Positions 49,993 to 63,627 of a DNA stretch of 64,000 nt are shown piece by piece. Every line of letters begins with the position of its first letter. Within the stretch, counting starts at the first letter, position 1. The stretch covers positions 3,596,001 through 3,660,000 of the forward strand of contig NC_043024.1 in assembly GCF_006345805.1 (NCBI RefSeq), given 5' to 3'. The translations under genes were made by a program, and so were the position numbers. The notes below the pieces were generated by a model. That model saw nothing but the letters and a program-made list of their open reading frames with translations, had not been told where the DNA came from and did no database searches. This DNA comes from Octopus sinensis. Its lineage: Eukaryota.

Positions 49993-51400
49993 GGAAAAAC
50001 ACAACCTCTGTGAAATATGAGGGAAATAGATTGTTTAGGACAGAACTTTCAATACAATACGTAAAAGAATGCAAATTACATGGGAAACTATTCACTAAGA
50101 ATTTGACACCTGTCACCCGGAAAAGTAATTATGTTGGAGAAAAATCCTGTCATTGTGTATTATGAAGGAAAACCTTTTTTTAACAGTTCCTTTAACAAGC
50201 ACAGACATGAATCTACTGTGAAGAAATTTAATGTTCTTAACGGTGATAAATTTAGACATGTTGAGATATATGCTTTTATCTATAAACACTGAAGGAAAAG
50301 AGAAACATACTCACCTAAACATACATGCTCATGAGTGTATATATTTGTTCATTAAAAACTATCAGCCATCATCTTGGTCAGTGGTTCTTAACAGGTTAAT
50401 ATTATCAATACTTAATTGAAGTCAATTACAACAGAATCAAGTTTATGTAAAGTAACTCTAAAATTAAAAATTCTATATACTAGTGTAAAATTACTTCTGG
50501 TAATGAAGTATTTTTTTATATAGGAAGCTCATCTTCTCAGTTATGTAAAAGAATTTCTAATCATTACTCTACATTTAGGGATAGGAATAAACGTAACAGT
50601 ACAGGGCTTAGTAAATTAATTTGTTATCTAAAAGACCACAATAAACAATTTAATTTAGATTGGTTGATTCTCTCAATCTCAATACCTTATGACAAAGGCA
50701 AGGAATTCTGTCTTCTCTGTAATTCTGAACTAATTTTTATTCTTTTTTCTAAAAATCACCTTGTAAACATGGTTATAGATCGTGCATAATGATGTAAACA
50801 TTGACTGAAACACACCTTTAGTTCATATAAGTGATATCTGTCATTATATATAATTCAAACATTAATTTTCTTCTTACATTTCACACTCACTAGATATATC
50901 TTTTTCCAAGTCTATATGGTTTTATTTAATATACATATAGTTATATACTTCTCATTTATTTGGGTTTTTCCCCCCTCCTCTTTCTATAGGCTACCTTGAC
51001 ATTATATCCTCTAACATTTTTTTTAAAACAAACTTAATAGCGTTCAGTTAATCACTATACATATCCATCATTTTCTGTTAAAATGTCTTATTGACGAGTT
51101 TCATTTCTTCATTTCTCTGAAGAGAAGATTGATTTCTTTGAAACATGTGTTGGAAGTAAAAGAATTTGAATAACACCTGCATTTAACTTCATTTATTTGT
51201 TTATTTATATATATATATATATTATATAAAATGTTTCACATAAACCTGAAGTTTCTACCTTTAAAAACAAGGAGTTACAACCTTTTTACTTGTGTGATTT
51301 TTGGCTACCTGGATAACTATTTATCTATTTTTTCTGTGTTCATTGTTAAAAAGAGAAAAATACTCATATCTATATCTGTATCTATATCTATATCTATCTA

Positions 51401-51491
<91 letters not shown>

Positions 51492-51720
51492 TTATAGTTG
51501 AAATTTACAGCAAAACAAAAGATGAAGACAGGTGTATGAACAACAAGCAGGTGTATTAGCTTGATGCAAGGGAAAGTGAGGAAGTCTTTTATGTTTTGAG
51601 CCTACACTCTTTCAACAGAAAGGAATAAGAGAAAATAAACAGAGCGAGAATAAAAAACACCTGTTGATTTAGTGACCAATATATATATTTTTTTAAATTT
51701 TTGTAAATGTGTATAGAATA

Positions 51721-51984
51721 ATATATCAGTTGAATAAAGTTAAAGCATGGTCCGGTTTTTGCGTTTTTTTATTATGGTATTTTAACATAAAAAAAATATT
51801 TTGTGATGCTCATAAAGTTAAATTAGCACTTTCGTACATAGTATCATCATTATTACACTTTATATGAAAGTGCTAATTTAACTTTATGAGCATCACAAAA
51901 TATTTTTTTTATGTTAAAATACCATAATAAAAAAAAAACGCAAAAACATGGTTTTTGCATTTTAACTTTATTCAACTGATATAT
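51721..51984. mobile_element. Foldback MITE
   Basis: About 120-bp inverted arms tatatcagttgaataaagttaaa...tttaactttattcaactgatatata; TA context. Confidence 0.8.
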
Positions 51985-51990
51985 AATGTA

Positions 51991-52065
<75 letters not shown>

Positions 52066-52168
52066 GTATATATATACATATATATATGCATGTATATTTA
52101 CACACACACATATACACAACACACACACACACACATATATATATATACACACACACATATATCTATAC

Positions 52169-52204
<36 letters not shown>

Positions 52205-52294
52205 GCATATATATATATAGATATATATATATATATGCATGTATATATATATATATATATAGATATATATATATATATGCATGTATATATATAT

Positions 52295-54280
52295 ATGAAG
52301 GTTACAGAGAGGGTCATAGCCCAACTGATTAGGGAGAGAGTCAACTTGGACGAGATGCAGTTTGGATTCGTGCCAGGGAAAAGCACAACTGATGCCATAT
52401 TTCTGGTGAGACAGCTGCAGGAGAAATACCTAGCCAAAGATAAGCCCCTGTACCTGGCTTTCGTTGACATGGAGAAAGCCTTTGACAGGGTCCCCCGATC
52501 CCTTATCTGGTGGTCAATGAGGAAACTAGGGATAGATGAATGGCTGGTGAGAGCTGTGCAAGCCATGTACAGGGATGCCGTAAGTAAGGTTAGGGTTGGC
52601 AACATGTACACAGAAGAATTCAAGATAGAGGTTGGGGTCCACCAGGGTTCAGTCCTCAGCCCCCTCCTATTTATCATAGTCCTCCAGGCAATTACGGAGG
52701 AATTCAAGACAGGTTGCCCCTGGGAGCTCCTCTATGCTGACGACCTTGCTCTAATTACTGAGTCACTATCAGAACTGGAGGAGAAGATCCAGGTGTGGAA
52801 GGAGGGATTAGAATCGAGGGGCTTTAGAGTCAACCTAGCTAAAACCAAAGTACTAATAAGTAGGAAGGTAGATAAACCACAAATGTCTTCAGGAAGATGG
52901 CCTTGCTCGATCTGTAGAAAAGGTGTAGGTAGAAGCTCTATAAGATGTACCCAGTGTAAGCTATGGACACATAAGAGGTGCAGCAATGTCAAAGGAAGGC
53001 TAACTGGGAAGATAGTTTTTGTATGTGGCAGATGCTCGGGAGCAATAAACTCTGAAAATCTGCAGAAAACAACTTCTGTCACTTTCCAGGGGGAAAAACT
53101 AGAAGTAGTTGATATCTTCCGTTATCTAGGTGACCAAGTCAGTAGTGGGGGTGGGTGCGCAGAAAGTGTAACTGCTAGAGTAAGAATAGCTTGGGCAAAG
53201 TTCAGGGAGCTCTTACCTCTGCTGGTGACTAAAGGCCTCTCGCTCAGAGTAAAAGGCAGACTGTATGATGCATGTGTACGAACAGCCATGCTACATGGCA
53301 GTGAAACATGGGCCGTGACTGCTGAGGACATGCATAAGCTCGCGAGGAATGAAGCCAGTATGCTCCGATGAATGTGTAATGTCAGTGTACATACTCGACA
53401 GAGCGTTAGTACCTTGAGAGAAATGTTGTACCTAAGGAGCATCAGTTGTGGTGTGCAAGAAAGACGATTGCGCTGGTGATTGTGCTGGTATGGTCATGTG
53501 GTGAGAATGGATGAAGATAGGTGTGTGAAAAAGTGCCAATCCCTAGCAGTTGAGGGAACCCATGGAAGAGGTAGACCCAGGAAAACCTGGGACGAGGTGG
53601 TGAAGCACGACCTTCGAACTTTAGGCCTCACTGAGGAAATGACCAGCGACCGAGACCTTTGGAAATATGCTGTGCTTGAGAAGACCAGGCAGGACAAGTG
53701 AGTCCAGTCCACTTATGCATGCCTTTCCTCCCTTGGACACAGAAAGACCTGTTGAGGCAAGCGAAGTCGATATCGAACCTCATCCGACGACAGGCACCCA
53801 TGCTTGCGAACACCGGTTGGGGCAAGTGAAATCGGAATCGAAATTGAACCAATCCTATGACTGGCACCCGGCAGATGTCAGGACCCCTGGACTGGTGGTA
53901 CGTAAAAAGCACTATCCGAATCGTGGCTGATGCCAGCGCCACCTCGAATGGCTTCCGTGCCGGTGGCACGTAAAAAGCACCATCCGAACGTGGCCGATGC
54001 CAGTGCCGCCTCGACTGGCTTCCGTGCCGGTAGCACGTAAAATGCACCAATCCGACCGTGGCCATTGCCAGACTCGCCTGGCACCTGTGCAGGTGGCACG
54101 TAAAAAGCACGCACTACACTCACGGAGTGGTTGGCGTTAGGAAGGGCATCCAGCTGTAGAGACACTGCCAGATAAGACTGGAGCCTGGTGCAGCCTTCTG
54201 GTTTCCCAGATCCCCGGTCGAACCGTCCAACCCATGCTAGCATGGAGAACGGTCGTTAAACGATGATGATGATGATGATG

Positions 54281-54281
<1 letters not shown>
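52295..54281 (+). mobile_element. RTE LINE, 5'-truncated within RT, inserted in (TA)n; intact PHD-type finger
   Basis: Highly similar to the reverse complement of 19311-21200; premature TGA at 53369; full 3' UTR and (gat)n tail. Confidence 0.95.
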
Positions 54282-54334
<53 letters not shown>

Positions 54335-54339
<5 letters not shown>

Positions 54340-54558
54340 GTTAGGAAACATCTACATTGCTAGAAATAAGAGCTAAACCACTCTAATGCTGTAGTTAATG
54401 CACATGAATGAAAACATGTACACTAACAGCAACCATAATTGTACGAAAAGTGCTGATCGAGTGCTCTGTTAGTGTATGTTTTCATTCATGCGTGTTAACT
54501 ACAGTATTAGAGTGGTTTAACTATTATTTCTAGCAATGTAGGTGTTTCCTAATACCCT
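54335..54558. mobile_element. Foldback MITE
   Basis: About 95-bp inverted arms agggtgttaggaaaca...tgtttcctaataccct. Confidence 0.8.
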
Positions 54559-54576
54559 TGTCACGTTTAGTGAGAT

Positions 54577-55790
54577 TCAGGTGTGGAAGCAAGGTCTAGA
54601 ATCATAAGGCCTTAGAGTCAACCTAGCAAAAACTAAAGTCTTAATAAGTAGGAAGGCAGACAAACCACAAATCACTTCAAGTTGATGGCCCTTTCAAACT
54701 GTTGAAAAGGTGTAGGTAGAAACTCCATAAGGTGTACCCAGTGTAAGCTATGGACACATAAGAGGTGCAGCAATATCAAAGGAAGGATAACTGGAAAGAT
54801 AGTTTTTGTTTGTAGCAAATGCTCAGGAGCAATAAACACTGAAAATGTGCAGAGAACAGCTTCCGTCACATTCCAGGGGGAAAAACTAGAAGTAGCTGAT
54901 AGCTCCCATTACAGTAGCAGGGGTGGATGCTCTGAAAGTATGGCTGCTAGAATAAGAATAGCCTGGGCAAAGTTCAGAGAGCACCTACTTCTACTGGTGA
55001 CAAAGGGCCTCTCGCTCAGAGTAAAAGGTAGACTGTATGACACATGGCAGGGAAACATGGGCTGTGACTGTTGGAGACATGCATGAGCTTGCAAGGAATG
55101 AAGCTAGTATGCCCCACTGGATGTGTAATGCCAGTGTGCATACACAACAAAGTGTAAGTGCCCTGAGAGAAAAGTTGGACTTAAGAAGCATCAGATGTGG
55201 TGTGCAAGAGAGACAACTGCACTGGTATGGTCATGTGCTGCAAATGGAAGAGGACAGCTGCATGAAAAAGTGTCACACCCTAGCAGTAGAGGAAACCTGT
55301 GGAAGAGGTAGACCCAGGAAGACCTAGGATGAGGTATTGAAGCATGACCTTCAAACATTGGGTCTCACTGAGGCAACGACAAGTGACTGAAGTCTTTGGA
55401 GGTATGCTGTGCTTGAGAAGACCCGGCAAGCCAAGTGAGACCATAACCTCGTGGCCTATGCCAGTGCAGCATAACCATCCCATTTAAGAGTACCCTTCAA
55501 TCATTGGGCAATAAACTGTGCTTGAGAAGATCTGTCGAGGCAAGTGAAATCATTGTCATGGCCAGTGACAGTACTGCCTGATTGGCACCTGTGCCTGTGG
55601 CACGTTAAAAGCACCATTCGAGCCATTGCCAGTGCCGCCTGACTGGCTCCTGTGCCAGTGACACATAAAAAGCACCATTTGAATATGGTCAATGCCAGTA
55701 CTGCCTGACTGGCCCTCGGGCCGGTGGCACGTAAAAAGCACCCACCACACTCTCAGAGTGGTTGGCGTTAGGAAGGGCATCCAGCTATAG
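54577..55790 (+). mobile_element. Older RTE subfamily, 3' part
   Basis: QVWKQGLES.GLRVNLAK.., degraded Cys cluster, GRGRPRKT, 3' UTR repeats. Confidence 0.88.
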
Positions 55791-56059
55791 AAACTTACCA
55801 CACAGCCACTCCTTTATGTATGCATGTATGTATGTATGTATGTATGTATATGGATGCATGGAGGGCTAGATGGATGGATGAGGTTGCTGATATTTCATAG
55901 AATATTAAAGACACATGGTATGCAAATTAGTGGCGCCAGTTTTTTGAAGCAACTGGATTTGTTGTGTATATGAATGGAATAGTCACTTGTTTGTCTGAGA
56001 TTGGTTAAGTGAAAAAGATATCTCTGCTGACACCCTAATGAGGGTCAAAAATTGATTAA

Positions 56060-56278
56060 CCCTTTAGTGTTCAGATTATTCTATCAAACATAATGCCTAT
56101 TGATTCCCATTGATTTGAATTAATCATGCATTATCTCATATCTTCAAGATCTTGATGGTGTAATTACTTAATGTAGAATAACATTGTAGGGTAGGTGTGA
56201 GAGTCTGGATCAGGTCAGTTTGAACATAAAACAGATTAAATATTTTAGCCGGATATGGCCAGTTTAAATACTAATGGG
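56060..56278. mobile_element. piggyBac-type MITE
   Basis: TTAA|cccttta ... taatggg|TTAA. Confidence 0.7.
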
Positions 56279-56362
56279 TTAAAGTTGTTTGTCATTTTTT
56301 TCCCTCCAATCTACAGAGAACTAGTCAAATTTATACATGTCTGCATGCCAATAATGTAGGCT

Positions 56363-56402
<40 letters not shown>

Positions 56403-57019
56403 GTCTGTAGCAAGATTTAAAACGTCTTTCGGTTTTCACAGCTGTATCATCTGAATATCTGTATATTTTATGTGTGTCTGTGTATGTGCGTATGTATTTA
56501 CGTATGTGTGTGCGTGTACATGCGTCTGTGCGTGCGCGCGTGTCTGTGTGTGTATAAATATATATACATGTATACATACACTCAAACATTCTTTAACTTT
56601 GAAATATATAATGAACAACACTACCATCAAGAGCTAAGATTACAAATCTTTTGATTTGCAGACATCTTATAGCTTTGTGACTAAGGGTACTTCCCTTACT
56701 ACTACAGCTACAGCTACTACTACACAGAGGCTAATGTTAAAGGGCCGACTACACCCTCTGTTATCTTACATTTAAGAATGTACCTAGTCATCAGCCCATT
56801 CTGTCCACTGGAACCAAATCGGTGTTGGTCTTAACTTTTATTGCATTCCGCTTCTTATCTCTCCTACATCATGGCTTTATAGCTCGCATACATACATACA
56901 TACGTACATATATATATATATATACATGCATGTTCATATATATATATATATATATCGTTAAACGATGATGATGATGATATATACTCTTATACTCTTTTAC
57001 TTGTTTCAGTCATTTGACT

Positions 57020-57073
57020 GTGGTCAAAGCCTTGGGAGTAGATTTGGTAGACGGAAACTGAAAGAAGCCTGTC

Positions 57074-57123
<50 letters not shown>

Positions 57124-57325
57124 TTGTGTGTCTGTGTTTGTCGCCCCAACATCGCTTGTCAACCGATGTTGGTGTGTTTACGTGCCTGTCACTTAGCAGT
57201 TTGGCAAGAGAGACTGATAGAGTAAGTACTAGGCTTACAAAGAATAAGTCCTGGTGTCGATTTGCTTGACTAAAGGCTGTGCTCCAGTATGGCTGCAGTC
57301 AAATGACTGAAACAAATAAAAAAAA
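57020..57325 (+). mobile_element. SINE family A (5'-truncated)
   Basis: Body, (GT)n and tail. Confidence 0.8.
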
Positions 57326-57697
57326 AAGAAAAAGAATAATATGAAAAATGCATATGTACTTTATTGTACTGTAAATGAAAATACAATCTAAAATTAATGT
57401 AAAAATAAATACAAATGAAATTCCAAATACAACGAAAAATTGTTCTTGTGAAAAAAGTGTGATTGAAAATATGTTTTTAATCTTCACTGTCATATTCTTG
57501 AGTTTTCTGAGGAAAATGGTGAGATTTGTTTGAATAGTTTATTTCATTTTATCACCATTTATCTTATGATAACAACACACAGCATCTTGAATGATGCAGT
57601 CAGCCTTTGCAAAGTGTTTGACTTTTTGTGGTCATAATTGCAGATGGTTGTAAGTTGCATAGGTTATAAGTCGAGGTGAAGGTATATATGTATATCA

Positions 57698-58110
57698 TCA
57701 TCATTATCATTTAACGTTCGCTTTCCATGCTGGCATGGGTTGGACGGTTTGACTGGCTGCACCAGGCTCAAATCTAGTTTGGCCCTTCCTTATGCCAACC
57801 ACTCCAAGAGTGTAGTGGGTGCTTTTTACGTGCCACCAGTATGAGGGCCAGTCAGGTGGTTCTGGCAATGACCACTCTCAAAAGGTGTTTTTATGTGCTA
57901 CCTGCATGGGAGCCAGTCTGGCAGCACTGGCAACAACTATGTTCAAATGTTGATTTTCATGTGCCAGTAAGGCGACGCTGGCAACGATTATGCTCAGATA
58001 TGCTTTTAACGTTCTACTGGCATGAGTGCCAATCAGGTGGGACTGTCATTGGCCACGTCAGCAATTTTGATTTTGATTTTGATTTTAATCTCACTTGCCA
58101 CAATATGTCT
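57698..58110 (-). mobile_element. RTE 3' UTR fragment (old)
   Basis: (cat)n, then catgggttggacgg..ccttcc..gtgctttttacgtgccacc repeats. Confidence 0.75.
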
Positions 58111-58733
58111 TCATAAGCAAGGTTTATTGTCCAATAATTTTCCCATTACCATTTTGCTGAATCTTCCATTGATTCAGAATGGTAAATTCTGTATACTGAG
58201 ATTCAGGATTTGACCAAACCATTCAGCCATGACATAATCATTACCAAAGAGCTTTAATTTCAAGCAAAACTAGAATTCTAGTATGATGATCTCGCTGTGG
58301 GGCAGTCGGCTCCCCTGTCAGTACATAGATTTGTTTGTGCTTCTTTGTTGCTAAGAAGCAACAATGTAGATGCTACCCTGCACTGTCACAATTAGTGACA
58401 ACTGGATTCTGCTTGTTTGGTTTTATATTACTTATAGCTGCCTTCATTGTTTTACAACTTGTCTATTATATATCACTTTGTAAAAACCAGTTCATCTGAA
58501 GCCCATCCATGGATTTACAATATAGAATTGTGACAAACCATGACTTTGGGCCCTACCAAAAGATTACCTGGAGTTCTTTACTAATCTTAGTAATACTGTT
58601 AGCCTGGTGTGCCAACAGAGAGCTTATGAAGTATTTGGCCCAGATTGATAATCCCTCACTATATGCATACATACATACATACATACATACATACATACAT
58701 ACATACATACATACATACATACATACATACTAC

Positions 58734-58806
<73 letters not shown>

Positions 58807-58816
58807 CACACGCATA

Positions 58817-59670
58817 CATCATCATCATCATCGTGTAACATCCGCTTTCCATGCTGGCATAGGTTGGACGGTTTGACTGAGGTCTGGCAAGCCAGTGGGC
58901 TGCACCAGGCTCCATTCTGATCTGGCAGTTTCTACAGCTGGTTGCCCTTCCTAATGCCAACCATTCTATGAGTGCAGTGGATGTTTTTTACATGTCACTG
59001 TGTCAGAGGGCACTGGAATTGACCATGTCCGCATGGTGCTTTTCACATGCCGCCAGCATGGGAGCCAATCTGAGGGCCCTGGCATCGACTACATTTAGAT
59101 GATGCTTTTTACATACCGCTAGCATGAGAGTCAGTCATTGCATAGTGCTTTTTACATGCCACCAGCACAGGGAGCCAGTCAGGTAGCACTAGTATCAACC
59201 ACGCTCAAATGATACTTATTACATGCCACCAGCACGGGTGCCAATCAGGTGACTTTCTGAACTTTGTCCAGACTATTCTTATTCTAGCCGCTATACTCTC
59301 AGAGCAACCACCCCCACTACAGATTTGGTTATCTAGTTTGTGGAAGCTATTAACTACTTCCAGTTTTTCCCCCTGGCATGTGATGGAATCTGTTTTCTGT
59401 ACATCTTTGGTGTTTATTGCCCCTGTGCATCTGCCACACACAAAAACTATCTTCTCGGTTAACCTTCCTTGGATATTGCTGCACCTTTTATGTGTCCATA
59501 GCTAACACTGGGTACATCTTATGAAGTTTCTACCTATGTCTTTTCTACAGATCGAGCAGGGCCATCTACCTGAAAGGGTTTGTGATTTGTTTGCCTTCCT
59601 ACTTACTAGGACTTCAGTTTTTGCTAGGTTGACTCTCAGGCCCTTCAATTCTAGACTTTGCTTCCACACC
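58817..59670 (-). mobile_element. RTE 3' UTR joined to an RT / Cys-cluster fragment (internal deletion)
   Basis: UTR at 58817-59250; 59255-59670 encodes GLRVNLAKT..CSICRK..CGRC..EKLEVV. Confidence 0.8.
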
Positions 59671-60549
59671 CTACATACATATTTATACACACACACACAC
59701 ATGCACACACACAAAATACACATGCACACACACACATACACTCACATGCACACACACATATACACACGCACATGCAAATGAACTTACACATACCTCCCAT
59801 ACACACACACTGATACATACATGCACACTATTATACATACATGGACATACACATACACACACACAGAGAAATGCACATTTGCTCGACAGACACAACCCCA
59901 TGCATACACACATAAACACACATACATACACACACAGACACACGCGCACACAGACACACACACACATACTTCAAGCTTCCAGTTAAACACCATTCTACTG
60001 ACCATTCTCCTACACACATGTGAAGGGAGACACACAAAAGACAGCCACTCATACCTAAAATTCCTGTAAATTCTTCCTATGGCATTAAGCCACACAAAGT
60101 CCACTCACACACACACACACACATACGCACATACACGTGCTATTATTACATACACACACACATATGCACATACACGTGCTATTATTACACACACACACAC
60201 ATACGCACATACACGTGCTATTATTACATACACACACACAGACCTGTGCGTACGCACATACCCCCCCCACACACACATATCTCCTTCTCTTGCACTCTTG
60301 AAAGAACTTTTTCTCCACCCATTCCCTTCCACTCATTTCAATATGTGACTGCCTGTGTGTATCGTTGGCGATTTTCTCCCTCCGTCTTCCCTTCCTTTGG
60401 ACTTTCCTCTGTTTCCGAAGAAGAGCTTGGCTTGAAACGTTAAATCCTCTTTCCTTCCTTTCCTGAACTTTTGATAATACACTACTTGTACCACGTTCTC
60501 GCGTTACTGTTTTTTCTTGTTTGTTCTTTGTTTGGATTCACTATATCTC

Positions 60550-60764
60550 TTTTACTCTTTTACTTGATTCAGTCAGTTAACTTTGGCCATGCTGGAGCGC
60601 CACCTTTAGTCAAGCAAATCAACCCTAGGACTTATTCTTTGTAAACCTAGTACTTATTCTATTGGTCTCTTTTGTAGAACCACTAAGTTACGGGGAAGTA
60701 AACACACCAGCATCGGTTGTCAAGCGATGTTGGGGGGACAAACACAGACACACAAACTCACACG

Positions 60765-60796
<32 letters not shown>

Positions 60797-60978
60797 CACA
60801 TACATACACATATATATGGCGGGCTTCTTTCAGTTTCCTTCTACCAAATCCACTCTCAAGGCTTTGGTCGGCCTGAGGCTATAGTAGAAGACACTTGCCC
60901 AAGGTGCCACGCAGTGGGACTGATCCCGGAACCATGTGGTTCGTAAGCAAGCTACTTAACACACAGCCACTCCTACGC
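60550..60978 (-). mobile_element. SINE family A
   Basis: Full length. Confidence 0.88.
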
Positions 60979-61556
60979 CTATACACACACACACACACAC
61001 ACATATATTTATACACTCATTCATAATCCCAAAATTCAAAACCATGGTGTTCTACATATATAGGCTATTCCATTGTACTTCTTAATTTGAAGTTGGCCTT
61101 GATTAAGGAGACTTATAAGCAAACCCATTCCAGTCATGTCCATCCCTTCTTTTCAAACATATTTTATCTTAGATGCTATTTGATCTCCCTATTGTCTGTA
61201 TGTGTGTGTGGTGGGGATGTATGAGAAATTTTGACTGCTATTTCTAGCATATCAAGCACACACATAAAGGGAGCTTCATTGTTGGATCTTGTTATTTATT
61301 TTGTCACTCATTTCTGTCACACACATACAAACACATGGACACACATATACACACACACACACAGACACACAGACACGTACGCATAGTCACAAAAATACAT
61401 ACACACTCATTCATACTCATTCACACATATGCACATACTCTTACACACACGAACACACACACACACACAATTCACACACATACACACTCATTAAAACATT
61501 CCAGTAGTTGTTCAAAACTAGGAAACTTAGTACATGAGAAATGTTAGAGTAAATAA

Positions 61557-61640
61557 GTGCTACTACTGCTGCTGCTGCTGCTGCTACTACTACTACTGCT
61601 GCTGCTGCTACTGCTGCTGCTGCTGCTGCTGCTGCCACCA
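61557..61640. repeat. (CTG/CTA)n trinucleotide tract
   Basis: Read directly; no splice signals or coding context. Confidence 0.9.
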
Positions 61641-62254
61641 CCAGGAACAGTCACCATGACAACACCACCACCACTATCAGCACCATTTTCTCTCTGTCCT
61701 CTGTTCACCTCTAATATCTTTCTCTTTGGTCTTTTCTTTCTTTCTCTCTATCTGTCCTTCTCTTTCTTCCTCTCTCTATCTTTCTCCATCTTCCTGTCTC
61801 TCCCTCTGTCTCTGTCTATAGTTTGAATCCCTATTTTTTCTTTGGTGGTTTGCTTGCTGGCCTCTGTCTGTCTGTCTGTCTGTGTGTGTGTGTGTTGTGT
61901 GTGTGTCTGTGTGTGTGTGTGTGTATGTGTTCGCGTGTGTCTCAAGCCACATTTCTAAGTCCCACCATAGTAATCATTTCAAAATTCCCAACTTGCTGAT
62001 GTAAAACTTTGGCCTAAAGTAAGCATGTGGTTTGACCACCTTTCCACCCACACTCACACACACATACGCAACTACAAATTTCTAAATACACAAAGTACAT
62101 AGAAATCCAAATATTTATGTATGTGTGTGTGTGTGTATATACATATATATATATAAGCATAATTAAATCTCAGAATGAGATTGAAACAGTAATCGCTCGA
62201 TAATGTAAAGTATAGAAGCCATCTTATCATGGCTAACCACATTGGGGAGGGGGT

Positions 62255-62480
62255 GTTACTGTAGCTTTATAGCCCCAAGAGATCTTCCGCTGGCTTTAGA
62301 CACAATATCAGTGTCCTTGGAGTATTTGCAAAGGGAGGCCATCCCTTCCTCGCAAGCCTGAGTGATACGCTCGAACTAGTTTCGGGATGGTTGTCCCTCG
62401 TCAACGGGCGGTAACCACCAGGTCGCGATGAAAGTGAAGGCTGCTTTGCAAACATATATAAGTTTTTCTAATGGCGTCTA
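62255..62480 (-). mobile_element. Possible LINE C-terminal fragment
   Basis: Weak similarity to LINE ORF ends (G.P.RN.FERITQAC..GMASLC). Confidence 0.3.
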
Positions 62481-62552
62481 CCACTGATATATATATATAT
62501 ATATATATATATACATGTGTGTATATGCATACATATATATATGTATATATAT

Positions 62553-62760
62553 GTAACGGGAAGGTTTACGAAAATAAGCAAAAGACAAAGGCAGGTGGAG
62601 TACAAACAAACAAATGTATTAGTATAGTGCTCAGGAATAGAAATAGAACAAGTCTTTTACGTTTCGAGCCTACGCTCTTCGACAGAAAGATACACAGAAA
62701 AAAACAAGGAGAGAAAAAGATGCGTGTAGGAGCTAATGGTCTATCATGGCGTTCTGAGTA
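62553..62760 (-). repeat. Short pseudo-LTR-like repeat carrying a minimal hammerhead-like motif (relatives at about 41990-42110, 51495-51680, and 60340-60545 on +)
   Basis: Shared aaaagacgaaggcaggtggaatacaaacaaac end; motif tcttt-CTGTCGA-A-GAGC/GCTC-GAAA-CG-TA-aaaga at 62653-62690. Confidence 0.55.
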
Positions 62761-62773
62761 TATATGTGAGTAT

Positions 62774-62804
<31 letters not shown>

Positions 62805-62817
62805 TATATATATATAT

Positions 62818-62931
<114 letters not shown>

Positions 62932-62981
62932 GTGTATGTGTGTGTGTGTGTGTATATGTATGCACATATATATATATATCA

Positions 62982-63475
62982 ATCATCATCATCATTTAGT
63001 GTCCGCTTTCCATGCTAGCATGGGTTGGACAGTTCAACTGGGGTCTGGGAAGCCAGAAGGCTGCACCAGGCCCAGTCTGATCTAGCAATGTTTCTATGGC
63101 TGGATGCCCTTCCTGACGCCAACCACTCCGTGAGTGTAGTGGGTGCTTTTTACGTGCCAGATTAGGCTGGCAAACGGCCACGATCGGATGGTTCTCTTAC
63201 GTGCCACCGGCACTGGTATCACAGCTACAATTTCCATTGATGTTGATCGATTTCGATTTTGATTCTGAATCTCACTTGCCTCAACAGGTCTTCACAAGTA
63301 GAGTTTTGTGTCACAAGAAGGAAAGGTATGCATAAGTGGACTGGCTACATCCGAGGTAGAGGCCACGGGTTATGGTCTCTCTAGTCCTGCCGGGTCTTCT
63401 CACACACAGCATACTTCCATAGGTCTTGGTCTCTTGTCATTTCCTTGGTGTAACCTAAAGTTTGAAGGTCGTGCC
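62982..63475 (-). mobile_element. RTE 3' end
   Basis: (cat)n tail and 3' UTR with two repeat units. Confidence 0.82.
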
Positions 63476-63608
63476 TATGTGTGCATTTTTTTAAAATTTA
63501 CAATACACAACATCAGAATCCATCAGAAAATGATAAAGTTTATTACAACTATGGGATGTAGAGGCCTTCAACAAATCTTTTTTATTATTTGGATTATCAA
63601 ATACTTAC

Positions 63609-63627
63609 TGTAAGACCACAGAAACAT
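63609..63627 (-). other. Candidate 19-nt microexon of a minus-strand gene
   Basis: Minus strand reads ttattttcttcttattcctttctAG | atgtttctgtggtcttaca | GTaagta; both splice sites are near consensus. No partner exon found. Confidence 0.35.

Noticed and set aside
51986-53371. 461-aa ORF, the longest in the track
   Set aside because: Chimera: the first ~100 codons are a (TA)n/(CA)n microsatellite read in frame into a 5'-truncated RTE RT.
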